Of a stretch of DNA of 64,000 nt, positions 17,001 to 28,708 are shown in pieces (the first letter of the stretch is position 1; each line of letters opens with the position of its first letter). The position numbers were made by a program, and so were the translations under genes. Under the pieces are notes generated by a model that saw only the letters and a list, made by a program, of their open reading frames with translations, was not told where the DNA came from and did no database searches. Origin of the DNA: Paraspadella gotoi (Eukaryota > Animalia > Chaetognatha); assembly GCA_051294375.1 (NCBI GenBank), contig JBJCIZ010000239.1:1320581-1384580 (forward strand), read 5' to 3'.

Positions 17001-20000
17001 ACACAACGAAAGAAAAGATCTTAACACCAAAATAGAGATATTAATAAAGAAGAAGAGAGAAGAAGAATGAGTAGGCGCTTCTACAGCTATCGAGCGTTAA
17101 CTCACCCTCTATATTAGATTCCTTTTATCACCTGTTTTCTTATTTTTGCGAGACGCCACGGTCACGATTTAGTGGTCTTACACCAGGAATCAGAAAATGC
17201 GCGAGCAATTCTCGTTTCAATCTCGAATTATGAAAAATTTATACAAAATTACTTGCCTCTCACTATACTTCGATTAAAAATTAATTATTATATAATAATT
17301 AACTATTCATTAATTTTAGTTGGGGTTTTATTTTTATTTCCGCAATAGTCGACTTATTTTTAATCATTGTATTTAAATTGTTAATTTTTTTCCTCTCTTG
17401 GTTTTTTGAATGAGTAGTTTGTGACAATAGAAAAGTATATTTGTCTACATCAACTCATATTCGTGTATCGACAATGTTTCTTTCACTATTTTTTTTTTAT
17501 CAATCGATGTCCCAATTGTTTTCAACGACTCGAAAACATTCATAAATCTCTATTCTCTTCTGTTTTCTTTATAAATTATCCTAACTGTCTACTTCCATCG
17601 TATACTTATCGATATCTTCGCATTAGATATAAATATATAGATATTCATGTTTTTTTTAAATTTTCATTAACTCATCGAGTCTCACCGCCAATACCTAACT
17701 CTTCCTTTCATCACTCGGCTCCCGCTCAGATCTGGGACACGGGCGGGTCAAGAGAATGATCCGCAGCAATCACCGACCTCGCTACGATATCGGAGGGGCA
17801 GCTTCGGCCTTCCTTCGTTCCTTCTACGATACGAGAAAGAGTATATCCGAGGTGCATCAAAAGCGAACAACTGCGTGGACGACGTCGCCAAGGAAACGTC
17901 GTGTCAACATGACATCCGGGATTTGGATGACACCGGGATCCAAGTCAATGCCTGGGAGAGCGCGGCCAGGTTTTGGATTTTATTTTATTTTGTTTTTGTT
18001 TTTTTGTGTTCTTTTTTTTAGGAGGCTGTTGGAACTGTGGTAGTTACGGGATTGTTGTCGCGCGCTTTAGTGCTTTAAAAAGGATCTCGAAGATTCAGTT
18101 TGGTTCAAAAAATATCAGTATTTGCTGCTTTTTGTATTATTAGTGTCTTTATATTCGTTTTATCTTATCTTATCTTATTCGCTTGTCATTCTCTATTTAT
18201 TAAATTGCTACCCTTTCTCCTATTTAATTTGGATTCCATCTCTTCTTTCGCGCTCCACCTTTTCCTTCCTCCTCCTTCTCCTCCCTCGTACTCCCTTCTT
18301 CCCCTCCTCCTCCTCTCTTTACCTCTCTCTCTCTTTCCCTGTCTCCATCTCTTTCCCTCTCTCCATTCCCCACTTCTCTTCCTCCTCGNNNNNNNNNNNN
18401 NNNNNNNNNNNNNTGTGACAATAAAAATATTTTGTCTACTCACTCATTCGTTTTGACAATTTTTTTCACTATTTTTTTTTTTATCAATCATTCTATTGTT
18501 TTCACGACTCGAAACATTCATAAATCCGTTCTCTCGAATATTCATTCGTGCTCTTATTCATTCATTCGCATACGTATATAATATATAGATTTATTTTTTT
18601 TTAAATTTCATTAATCTCATCGATCTCCCGCCAATCCTAAAGCTCTTCCCTTTCTCTCGCTCCGCTCAGATCTGGGACACGGCGGGTCAAGAGAGATTCC
18701 GCAGCATCACGACCTCCTACTNNNNNNNNNNNNNNNNNNNNNNNNNNNNNNNNNNNNNNNNNNNNNNNNNNNNNNNNNNNNNNNNNNNNNNNNNNNNNNN
18801 NNNNNNNNNNNNNNNNNNNNNNNNNNNNNNNNNNNNNNNNNNNNNNNNNNNNNNNNNNNNNNNNNNNNNNNNNNNNNNNNNNNNNNNNNNNNNNNNNNNN
18901 NNNNNNNNNNNNNNNNNNNNNNNNNNNNNNNNNNNNNNNNNNNNNNNNNNNNNNNNNNNNNNNNNNNNNNNNNNNNNNNNNNNNNNNNNNNNNNNNNNNN
19001 NNNNNNNNNNNNNNNNNNNNNNNNNNNNNNNNNNNNNNNNNNNNNNNNNNNNNNNNNNNNNNNNNNNNNNNNNNNNNNNNNNNNNNNNNNNNNNNNNNNN
19101 NNNNNNNNNNNNNNNNNNNNNNNNNNNNNNNNNNNNNNNNNNNNNNNNNNNNNNNNNNNNNNNNNNNNNNNNNNNNNNNNNNNNNNNNNNNNNNNNNNNN
19201 NGTGCGATCTGCCCGACGCCGAGCGAGAAGTGTCGGCCGAACAGGGTCGTCGACTCGCCGACACCCTCGACGTGCCCTTCTTCGAAGTCTCCGCCAAAGA
19301 CGGAACCAACGTCGCCGACGCCTTCGACGCCCTCGTCGACGCCATCGTCTTGAAGTGGACCAAGGTGTGGAGGGGTGTGTTTGGGGTTTTGCGGAGATGT
19401 GGGGTGTTTCGTGGTTAAAGGTTTGTCGGGCATTGTAATAAGTTCAGCCCGCCCTATAAGCACGACCACTTCAGTCGTGACCTGATGGCTCCTTGAGTAT
19501 TACCATCGGGATTCAATACGAAATGGTCAAGTATTTATACCCAATGGTACTTACCCTTCGAAAAGCGTGAGGATGGCCGTAAATCGCCTTGGGAAACCCT
19601 CGAGCCTCGTCCCAAGCGCCGGACGCGTTTCGTGGTTGCTCGAGTGGTTTAAAGAAGTTGCGATGAGCACTCTTCAACCCACTTAGCGCCTTATCCGCAG
19701 AATGATTGTCCGGAAGAGATTCTCGTCTGCTTCGGATGAATAGGTGGGCGTGGCAACTCGATGTTCATTTGTTTGTAAACTCGTCGCCATCTTGATTCTT
19801 AAAAATTGGATTTTTTTTTTTTTTTTTNNNNNNNNNNNNNNNNNNNNNNNNNNNNNNNNNNNNNNNNNNNNNNNNNNNNNNNNNNNNNNNNNNNNNNNNN
19901 NNNNNNNNNNNNNNNNNNNNNNNNNNNNNNNNNNNNNNNNNNNNNNNNNNNNNNNNNNNNNNNNNNNNNNNNNNNNNNNNNNNNNNNNNNNNNNNNNNNN

Positions 20001-20686
20001 NNNNNNNNNNNNNNNNNNNNNNNNNNNNNNNNNNNNNNNNNNNNNNNNNNNNNNNNNNNNNNNNNNNNNNNNNNNNNNNNNNNNNNNNNNNNNNNNAAAT
20101 GGGGGGAAAGACGATGCCGCGGTATCGCTAAATTGCCTCGATACTGCGATGCTGTCGCGCTATTATGCCTAAGCTCTTTCAAAGTCCATTTATAATTTAC
20201 GATATTGGGGAAAATCTCCCTAGCGCCGGAGTGAGATGTCAGCCAATACCGACTGAAATACTATCCCACGATATTGTAGTAAAGTCAAGTTCGTCATTTA
20301 ATGCACAATGACGTAATGACAATGACGTAATGCTTCAATGCCAGCAACTCGTCCCAATTTTACGCTAACTCTAAATTCCCTTTTTTTGTCCGAAGAGAAT
20401 TAAAAGTTGGAAGAGAAAAATTAATGGAAAAATTCCAGTGGCAAAAAAAAAACTGAAAAAGAAAAACCCGATGAAGGGAAATGGAACCGATCATTGCATT
20501 GCAGATGGAAGAGACGGAAAGAAAAAAAAGATGGCGGGAAAATTGTGGCGATGGCAGATTCTTGGAAGCAGAAGGCAGAAAAGAATAGAAGAAAAAAAAC
20601 CAAAAAAAACGGTCGTTTGATGTTGAAACTTGAAAAAAAAATATAAATTACTATTTTGTTGTAATGAGAGAAATAATAATAAAGGA

Positions 20687-20721
<35 letters not shown>

Positions 20722-22736
20722 NNNNNNNNNNNNNNNNNNNNNNNNNNNNNNNNNNNNNNNNNNNNNNNNNNNNNNNNNNNNNNNNNNNNNNNNNNNNNNN
20801 NNNNNNNNNNNNNNNNNNNNNNNNNNNNNNNNNNNNNNNNNNNNNNNNNNNNNNNNNNNNNNNNNNNNNNNNNNNNNNNNNNNNNNNNNNNNNNNNNNNN
20901 NNNNNNNNNNNNNNNNNNNNNNNNNNNNNNNNNNNNNNNNNNNNNNNNNNNNNNNNNNNNNNNNNNNNNNNNNNNNNNGAGAGAGAGAGAGAGAGAGAGA
21001 GAGAAGCTTTTTCTCGATTCCATCGGCAATTCATGCAAATGAGATTGTCGGATTGAAATCAAGCCGACTCGAATTAAAATCCCCGGGGCGAAAACGGGGC
21101 GGCGGCTGGGGCGGCTGCTGGGCCGGCGGCTGGGGCGGCGGCTGGGGCTGCGACAGCGGCGGCGGTGGCGGCTACAGCGGGGGGTGGCGCAGGATGTTAA
21201 TATACCAAAGGCTGGAAGAGGGTTAAGAATCCTCGAAAGGGTTAAGAGTTGATTGTGGAAATCATAAGGTTAAATTTGTTTGAGACGATTTTACATTTTT
21301 TATACGATTTAAAAATAAATATTCGAATTTACGATTACAGACAAAGAAAGATCTGAAATGAAGCTCAGAATTACAGTATTTAAGATTCACGGCATTAATG
21401 AGGGAAATGTACACTTTTTAAGACAATGAATACAAAAGTTGTGAGATGGTAAAGGGATAAGGTTCTCGGTGGGATGAAGATGTCGATCCCTAACTTCTTT
21501 AACAGCTCTAGCATCCAAGAAATGCCCTGAGGGTTTATCCACCCCCGCAAAACGGTTTGGAGTCGTCCTTACGCTTCTCGCAGGGTAGATACCGGGTTGG
21601 GATTGAACCCGGTACCATCGTGGTCACGAATCGATGTCTTTTACTTAATGAGCCACCTGGTCACGAATGAAGGCGTCATGCTTAAAGACATGGTGAACTT
21701 ATGCAATGCCCGACTAAACGTATATATGAAATGTAAAGATTAAGATTTATAGATTTATATTTATTTTTATAGATTTATTGAGATTTATAGATTTATAGAT
21801 TTATATATGAAGTCAAGATTGAGATTTATAGCCCGAAATGAATATTTATTTTCTTGAAGAGACAGTAATTATTGTTATATGTTAGTGACAGAACCGTTCA
21901 ATATAAGCAGTCCCTGAGCTTCGGATCAGGCTGTAACACCGAGTTACAGGCGGGTTAAGCGCCCCGTCCCTCTTAACTGCCAGGCGACCACCGGGCTAAA
22001 AACCCCGGACCTTTGGGTTGGGAGGCGAATGACTTGCCTCCGGCACCAATGGCTGCTGATGAATGGTTGGTGGATTTTAGTCCACCATATTCTCTGATTA
22101 AAAAAAAAAAAATAGGGAGACGTAAGACATCATTAAACCAATTAGCATTTTATTTCTCTCCTTTTCTTCTTTTTTTTTTTTTCCTTTTCTTTTTAAATCT
22201 TTCTTTTCATTTTCTCTTTTATTTTCCATCAAATTATTTCGATTGATCATTAAATTTTTTAGTTTTTTTGACGTTTAACGTAAAGGATTTTCTTTCCCAT
22301 TTTTTTTTGGTTTCTCTCATCGTGACAATGCACGACGTTGACATGACACATGACATGACAATGCACGACGTTGACATGACATTGACATTGACATGACATC
22401 GCAGTACGAACTGGAATCTCTGTCTGACATTCGCGCTCGAAGCGAAGAAAGAAAAGAATCTCGATGTTGTTACGTGTAACGTGAGTCTTTTGTTTGTTTT
22501 TTTTCTCGACTCGTAAAAAAAGTCGTTAATAATTATTATTTAATACCTAATATCTTAATTCCTTTTATAGATAACATTTCCTCCTTAGAAAAGGGCCCGG
22601 GAGGGAAAAGTTCGCTTCAAAGGACTGACGCTCCGCATTTCCAATCCTAATTTAATCTGGAATTTTATTAATCTTATATGTTTAATCTTAATTTCATACA
22701 TTCAGTATTTCTCAAATTTCCTATCTTGCCTTTATT

Positions 22737-22815
<79 letters not shown>

Positions 22816-24938
22816 CTCTTTCTCTCTTTCTTTCTTTCTTTCTTTTCTTTTCTTTTCTTTATTCCTTTAACAGTTTCCAAGCTTTTCCATTTTTNNNNNN
22901 NNNNNNNNNNNNNNNNNNNNNNNNNNNNNNNNNNNNNNNNNNNNNNNNNNNNNNNNNNNNNNNNNNNNNNNNNNNNNNNNNNNNNNNNNNNNNNNNNNNN
23001 NNNNNNNNNNNNNNNNNNNNNNNNNNNNNNNNNNNNNNNNNNNNNNNNNNNNNNNNNNNNNNNNNNNNNNNNNNNNNNNNNNNNNNNNNNNNNNNNNNNN
23101 NNNNNNNNNNNNNNNNNNNNNNNNNNNNNNNNNNNNNNNNNNNNNNNNNNNNNNNNNNNNNNNNNNNNNNNNNNNNNNNNNNNNNNNNNNNNNNNNNNNN
23201 NNNNNNNNNNNNNNNNNNNNNNNNNNNNNNNNNNNNNNNNNNNNNNNNNNNNNNNNNNNNNNNNNNNNNNNNNNNNNNNNNNNNNNNNNNNNNNNNNNNN
23301 NNNNNNNNNNNNNNNNNNNNNNNNNNNNNNNNNNNNNNNNNNNNNNNNNNNNNNNNNNNNNNNNNNNNNNNNNNNNNNNNNNNNNNNNNNNNNNNNNNNN
23401 NNNNNNNNNNNNNNNNNNNNNNNNNNNNNNNNNNNNNNNNNNNNNNNNNNNNNNNNNNNNNNNNNNNNNNNNNNNNNNNNNNNNNNNNNNNNNNNNNNNN
23501 NNNNNNNNNNNNNNNNNNNNNNNNNNNNNNNNNCTCCTCCTCCTCCTCCTCTTCCTCCTCCTCTTCATCTTCCTCCCCCTCTATTTAATCAAGTTCCTCT
23601 TTCTTCCCTTCTGTAATTAATTACATTTTCAATGTATAACTTTACACTCTCCCGTCTTGTCATCTTTAACTAATGTTTGTCATATCAAACCACACAATTA
23701 TATCCCCCTGATAAAATATTCGAAAAAAAATTCCCTACCTCATTGAAAAGACAATCCCTACCTCCTTTTTATCCCCTCGTTCAACCTTCCTAACCGCTGG
23801 TAAATTTTCCTACCATCCTTCCTTTAATTTTCTCTTCCTCGTTCTATCCATTTTCTATCTTCTCCGTATTACCTTCTTTATCTTACACTTTCTCTCTTCT
23901 TTTTTTTATCTTCCTATTCTTTCTTTATCATTCGTTTCTCTACTCCCTTCCCTTTTTTCCTACCTCTTTTCCTCCTCTTCCTCCTCCCCTCTCCTTCTCC
24001 CTTCCTTCTCCTCATCGCTCTTATCCTTCTTCAACTCAAGCACACCGACGGAGTAACTCTATATAGACTATATAGTCACTTTTCGGTCGGTCTGTCGGTC
24101 CGTCGGTCTGTCCCACTTACGTTAAAAATGCATATAGTTGGTTGCTCTTTTGTTAAGACAGAAAAAAACCTCGAATCTAAGGGACTGCGAGCGCCGCCTT
24201 CAGGAATAAATAGGGAATAAAAGACGGAATTTTGATGTAGTGCATTTCATAAATACACGGGCAAAGAAAGTTTTTTTCGTCATGTCATGTGAAAGTAAAG
24301 TCACTGCGGCGCAACACATTGGATTTACGGTTCTTGTTCACTTTTCTATCAATCACCAACTTTTTTTCTTTCTTTTCTTTTTCCTTTTTTCTTTCTTCTC
24401 TTTTTCCTTTTTTCTTTTGTTTCTCGTCTCGAGTAGAAACGATTTCACTTGTTTCACTACGATTAAGGACACTTGTGAATTATTAACTGTTCGAACAAAG
24501 AACTATACAATATTCATAGTAGTACAAATGTACGAATATACACTGTGAAAAATAATATTTAAAATTAATGCCCTTTTCTATTGCATAGAATATGTTTTAA
24601 TTTAAATAAATAGATAGCGATGTTTTTTAAACATTATTATTTTATTAACTCAACCATGTTCAAACTCATTCATTCATTCATTCACTCTTGTCATCTGATT
24701 CTTTTCCACTTGCCGGGCCTGCCGTCTCTCCGTCCTTGATTGGTCGCTCAACTTCAACCCCGTTTTCTTATTTTTCCATTTTTCTTTTCTTTTCTTGCTC
24801 TACCTTTCCTCTTTACCTCTCTTTCTCTCTTTTTCCTCTTTAACCTCTCTTCCTCTCTTTCTCTCACCGTTTCTACATATATCTCGCACAATTCCATTTT
24901 TTTATTTTCTCTTCTTCCTCTTTATATCTTTAACTTTC

Positions 24939-24980
<42 letters not shown>

Positions 24981-25242
24981 TTTCCTTCTCTCTCCTCTAA
25001 TCTCTCTCCCTCCCCCCCCTTCAAAGATGATCGAGGAAGAGGTCCACCGCGAGAGTCTCCAACGGCGCCAACTTCTCTCCGAAGGAGCGCCGCCCACGTG
25101 GAAACCTCCGGGCGCCATTAAACTCGCCGACGCCGCCAAAGACTCTTTACCCAACGGCGTCGCGACGGGCGCGTCTAGCGGCGTCGTACGACCAAACGGA
25201 CACTATCATTCGGCGAAGACGGCCGCCAGTTGTCTCTGCTGA
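10842..25242 (+). CDS. RAB3: Rab3-like small GTPase with N-terminal extension
   Basis: Exon ending 11370: ...[44 protein letters not shown](G)[11 protein letters not shown](G)KRIKLQ, carrying the Rab3 signature [26 protein letters not shown]; two small indels are probably sequence errors. Exon from 18670: [17 protein letters not shown] (runs into gap; noisy duplicate 17730-17969 ends ...NAWESAQ, cf. Rab3 YSWDNAQ). Exon <19202-19364: [20 protein letters not shown]...FFEVSAK. Last exon 25027-25242 ends in the CxC prenylation motif CLC*. The start ATG (10842) is tentative. Confidence 0.85.
14104..14468 (+). mobile_element. Helentron/DINE-1-like non-autonomous interspersed repeat
   Basis: 5' hairpin AGTTGCCCCGC-N8-GCGGGGCAACT, then a (GTCT/GTCG)n microsatellite and a conserved body ...GTCCCACTTA(C/T)GTTAAAAATG...TCTAAG(G/T)GACTG...CACTGCGGCGCAACACATTGGA. 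Copies at ~24050-24325 (+), ~54175-54480 (-), ~57617-57855 (+). The repeat is clear; the class is inferred from architecture. Confidence 0.55.
15860..16990. mobile_element. Penelope-like element copy with inverted ends (noisy sequence)
   Basis: ~15880-16010 is the reverse complement of ~16830-16960, both with degenerate hammerhead cores (CTGATGA...GAAACTTGT at 16883-16916). The middle is homologous to the 7150-7400 ORF tail and UTR. Confidence 0.5.
19474..19700 (+). mobile_element. tRNA-derived SINE, degenerate copy
   Basis: GTGACC..TGGCTC.TTGAGTA head, TACCCT..GAAAAGCGTGAGGA.GGCC..AAACCCTC.AGCC body and AGCGCCTTATCC tail, shared with 55577-55800. Confidence 0.55.
21520..21670 (-). mobile_element. 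tRNA-derived SINE copy
   Basis: Reverse strand reads GTGACCAGGTGGCTCATTAAGTA (A box)...GGGTTCAATCCC (B box)...TACCCTGCGAGAAGCGTAAGGACG; same family as 55577. Confidence 0.6.
21855..22090 (-). mobile_element. ~240-bp highly structured dispersed repeat carrying a twister-like ribozyme, copy 1 (Rab3-like intron)
   Basis: Nearly identical to 42718-42950 and to the reverse complement of 43703-44123. Consists of a series of hairpins. Confidence 0.85.
21907..21980 (-). ncRNA. Twister-ribozyme-like motif, P5-type permutation
   Basis: Minus strand: GCAGTT-AA-GAGG-GA-CGG-GGCGCT-T^AA-CCC-GC-CTGTAAC(TCGGT)GTTACAG-CCTGA-TCCGAAGC-TCAGG-GACTGC. P5, P3, P4, an L4 loop UCCNAAGC and both pseudoknots (CCG/CGG, GC/GC) can form. 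P2 is imperfect and P1 is reduced. Confidence 0.65.
24050..24325 (+). mobile_element. Helentron/DINE-like repeat copy
   Basis: Shares the GTCGGTCTGTCCCACTTACGTTAAAAATGCAT...CACTGCGGCGCAACACATTGGA body with 14104-14468. Confidence 0.55.
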
Positions 25243-25671
25243 TTGGCTGGATTATATTTTTTTTTTTAGATAGACTGATTGGCTCTCCTCTTCCGCTTTT
25301 TTTTTTATAATTTTTTTGTTTCAACTTTGTATTTTTCATTCCCGCTATATTTATGGGTTCTTTTTCGGGGACACTTTTTCAGTTACGATTTGCTAAAAAA
25401 AAAAAAATTCAGTAGTTAACGTGTTGGAAAACGATCAATAATACTTTTTTTTTTATTGTTTTCGTTATGTATTAATTACCCTTTAAGCGTTATCGTGCAT
25501 CATTTATATCTTTTTAGCCGCTTTCGTGTTTTTTTTTCTTTTCAGAAAATTATTATTAGGATAAATTTTTTTAAAAAATACAACTGGGATATAAGCATCT
25601 CCGCCGCCGATCGGTAAATGTAGGCGCTACGGAGACGAGCGAGACGAAAGAAAGACAGAGAGCGAGACGCC

Positions 25672-26905
25672 ATGGCGTCGCCCTACGAGACCCACCTGAT
25701 GTTCAAAGTTCTGCTCATCGGAGACACGAACGTCGGAAAATCTTGCTTCATCCTTCGATACGCGGAAGAAACTTTTACGGAGAAATTCATCTCTACGATC
25801 GGAATAGATTTTCGAATCAAGACGATCGAGAGGAAAGGGCATCGGATAAGGTTGCAGGTAAGTTTATCAAATAGGGGTTAGGGGTGAGTTTGACAGTTGA
25901 GGGAGTAATAGAAGTGAAGTATAAACGTCGTGAGGTGTTAACGTCGTAAGAATCTTAAATGAGATTATATTTTTTTAATCTTATTTGCATATTGTAGCGT
26001 TGGAACTTTAATCGGTTCGTTTTCATTTTGGATTTCAAAATTAGTTCAGTTTTTTTTTCGGTTTTTCAGTTGTTAATTATAGTCTTTAGGTGTTAAGGAA
26101 TGATTAGTTTTGATTAATATTTTATTTTACTATAAATTCCGAAATTCCTAAATGTCGAAACTATTCTTTCTAGTTTCTTATACATATTATATTTTCTGAT
26201 AAAAATATATATCTTAAATCCTCTTATGTCCTGATTTTTCTCGCGCGGCTGCGATTTTATTAAGATTTTATTAAAATGTTAATGAAATGTTATCAAAATG
26301 TTTTAAAATTTTATTAAAATTGTATCAAAATGTTATTAAAATGTTGCAAAATGTTATTGAATTGTTATTAAAATGTGATAAAATATTGGTTAACGGTTGT
26401 AGGCTTTTTTCAAATATTTGTCGAAAAGGTAACTTTAATTCCGCTTTTCCCTACCCCTCTCTGTTCAAACCCCAAATACCCATTCTCCCCTTCGCTACGC
26501 TACGCTACGCGACGCTACGCCCATTTACCCCAATCCTCCTCCTCCCTCGCTACGCCCTTTTTCCACCCCCCCCCACCACCACCGCGAATCAGATCTGGGA
26601 CACTGCGGGCCAAGAGCGATTCCGCAGCATCAGCACGTCCTACTACCGAGGCGCCCTCGGATTTCTCTTGGTCTTCGATCTGACGAACAAAGGAAGCCTC
26701 ATCGAGGTCAAGGACTGGCTGCAGAGGATCGACGACCATGCCTTGGACAATCCGGAGGTGAGATTCGAAGCTGTGGAACAAACTATTGAATCTCTCGATC
26801 GATCGATCGATCGATCGAGCAATTTTATTTAAAATTAAACTTTTGAATTTCATGAATTAAACTCGATCGATCCTCAATCCTCTATCCATTAAATAATATT
26901 TAGCC

Positions 26906-26940
<35 letters not shown>

Positions 26941-27400
26941 ACTCTCTCTCTCTCTCACTCTCTCTCTCTCTCTCACTCTCTCTCTCTAACCCACCCTCTA
27001 AGGTGGTCATCATCGGCAACAAATCCGACCTGGTGGCCAAGCTCAAGACTCACCATCAACCCGGCTCCATCACCATCAACAACAACAACAATTTTTCCGA
27101 CATCAACTACGGCTACGGCTACGGCCCGTCGGGCTACTTGGGCCCGGGCCGCTCGGGCCGCGTCTCCCCTTACCTCCCGAAGAACGACCCTTACTCCTTC
27201 GGCATCGATCGGGTGACGCGTCCGAGGGCGCCGGCCACGCCCACCACTCCGGAGACGGCGTCGACGTCTTGGTCGGCGGAGGTGGCGCTGCTGGCGCAGC
27301 GGCGGAATCTGATGTACTTCGAGGCGTCGGCGAAGACTGGGGAGAACGTGGCGGGTGCATTCGAGGCGTTGGCGGACAAGGTCATCGATAGGAGGGTCAA

Positions 27401-27475
<75 letters not shown>

Positions 27476-28708
27476 GAGGCTTGTTTAACTTTTCTTCTCT
27501 TCTCAATTTTCCTTCCGCTTTATTATTCTCAGTTAAATTCATTATCACTATCATTTATAACAATCCCACATCCCTCTACCCTTGGACATTCTCCCCCCCC
27601 CGGCCCCTACTCCCCACTCCCTCCAATACCTTATCCTCTCCCCTAGGTCCCACCCTCTTCGATATTTTTTTCTCTCTTCTTTAATCTCTTCTTTAATCTC
27701 TTCTTTAATCTCGTTTTCTCATCAAAAAAAAATCTGCTTCTTTCGCCAAAATAAACAAAACTTCGTCGTAGATCGTATATATTAAATTTGTACATATCTG
27801 TATATATATTGGTATATATTTTTTTTTCTTTTTCCTCTGTTTTTTTCTCATTTCTTTTTTGTCTTTTTCCTTTTTTTTTTCCTTTGTTTTTTTTTTCTTT
27901 GTTTATTCTTTGGTTTTCTCTTCTGTCTCCTTTCTCTTTCCTTTGATTAGTTTTTTTTCCTTTTTTTTCATATATTTTTGCCTTTCCTTTTGTCTCTTTT
28001 CACCTTTCTTTTGTCTTTCTTTTTCCTTTCTTTTATTTTTTTTTTCTTTTTTTCCTTTCTATTACCTTTGTTTCCTTTTTTCCCTCTGTTTTTTACTTTC
28101 CTCCCTTTTCTTTCCCTTAATTTCCAATGTCTCCTTTTCCTTTTTTTCCTTTTTTCCCGATCCGGACGCGTCCCCTTTTTCCCCCGATGAAAAATGGAAT
28201 CATTTTCCCGTCCATAATTCGTCATCAATTCCATGGTATTGCAGAAACAAAAAAACAAATAAAGTCGATGGATAAAAAGCCAAAAAAATTGATGGCAACA
28301 ATCGTAACAATTTGGGTATAAGATTATGAGTTACAGTAATTTTACACGTTTTAGTAAAAAATGACAACCGTTTTACATTGAATTTTACATTACTGTGTTG
28401 AATCTTGAAGAATTAACTCTTCCCACAGATCTCTTTAACTCGAATTTTTAAATCTCTTTAAATCTCTTTATAAATCTCTTTCACACCTCACCTTTTCCTT
28501 ACCCTTCGAAAAGGAAATGCCATTCGGGACGAGCGAATCTAAAGACTCGCCCGTCGTGGTCAGCGGAGAGCCCATGACCGGCCTTACGGGCATGACTCCC
28601 GGGGCCGTTTTCAACCTCGCCCGCAGCCCTTCTCTTCGGCAGAAGAACGGAAAGAAAAAGAGCCGATCGAAGAAGAGAGGTTGTTATTGTCTCAACTTTC
28701 GACCCTGA
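25672..28708 (+). CDS. Divergent Rab GTPase (Rab8/10/3 secretory group), 314 aa, with a large G4-G5 insertion
   Basis: Four phase-0 exons: 25672-25857 ([24 protein letters not shown]...[14 protein letters not shown]...RLQ), 26593-26757 ([21 protein letters not shown]...DNPE), 27003-27401 (VVIIGNKSD...[12 protein letters not shown]...RRVK), 28514-28708 (EMPFG...[18 protein letters not shown]). All G1-G5 and RabF motifs are intact and there are no frameshifts. Confidence 0.92.

Noticed and set aside
17421-18721. Apparent duplicated or mutually exclusive Rab exon 2 (17730-17969 and from 18670)
   Set aside because: The two copies flank an exactly 25-N gap and the first is riddled with indels. 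This fits an over-filled gap from long-read gap filling (PBJelly-style), not a real duplication or pseudo-exon.
22040-22090. CTGATGA on the strand opposite the twister (possible ambisense hammerhead)
   Set aside because: No correctly placed GAAA, stem II or NUH in either copy; the heptamer lies in the loop of a CACCAA/TTGGTG hairpin
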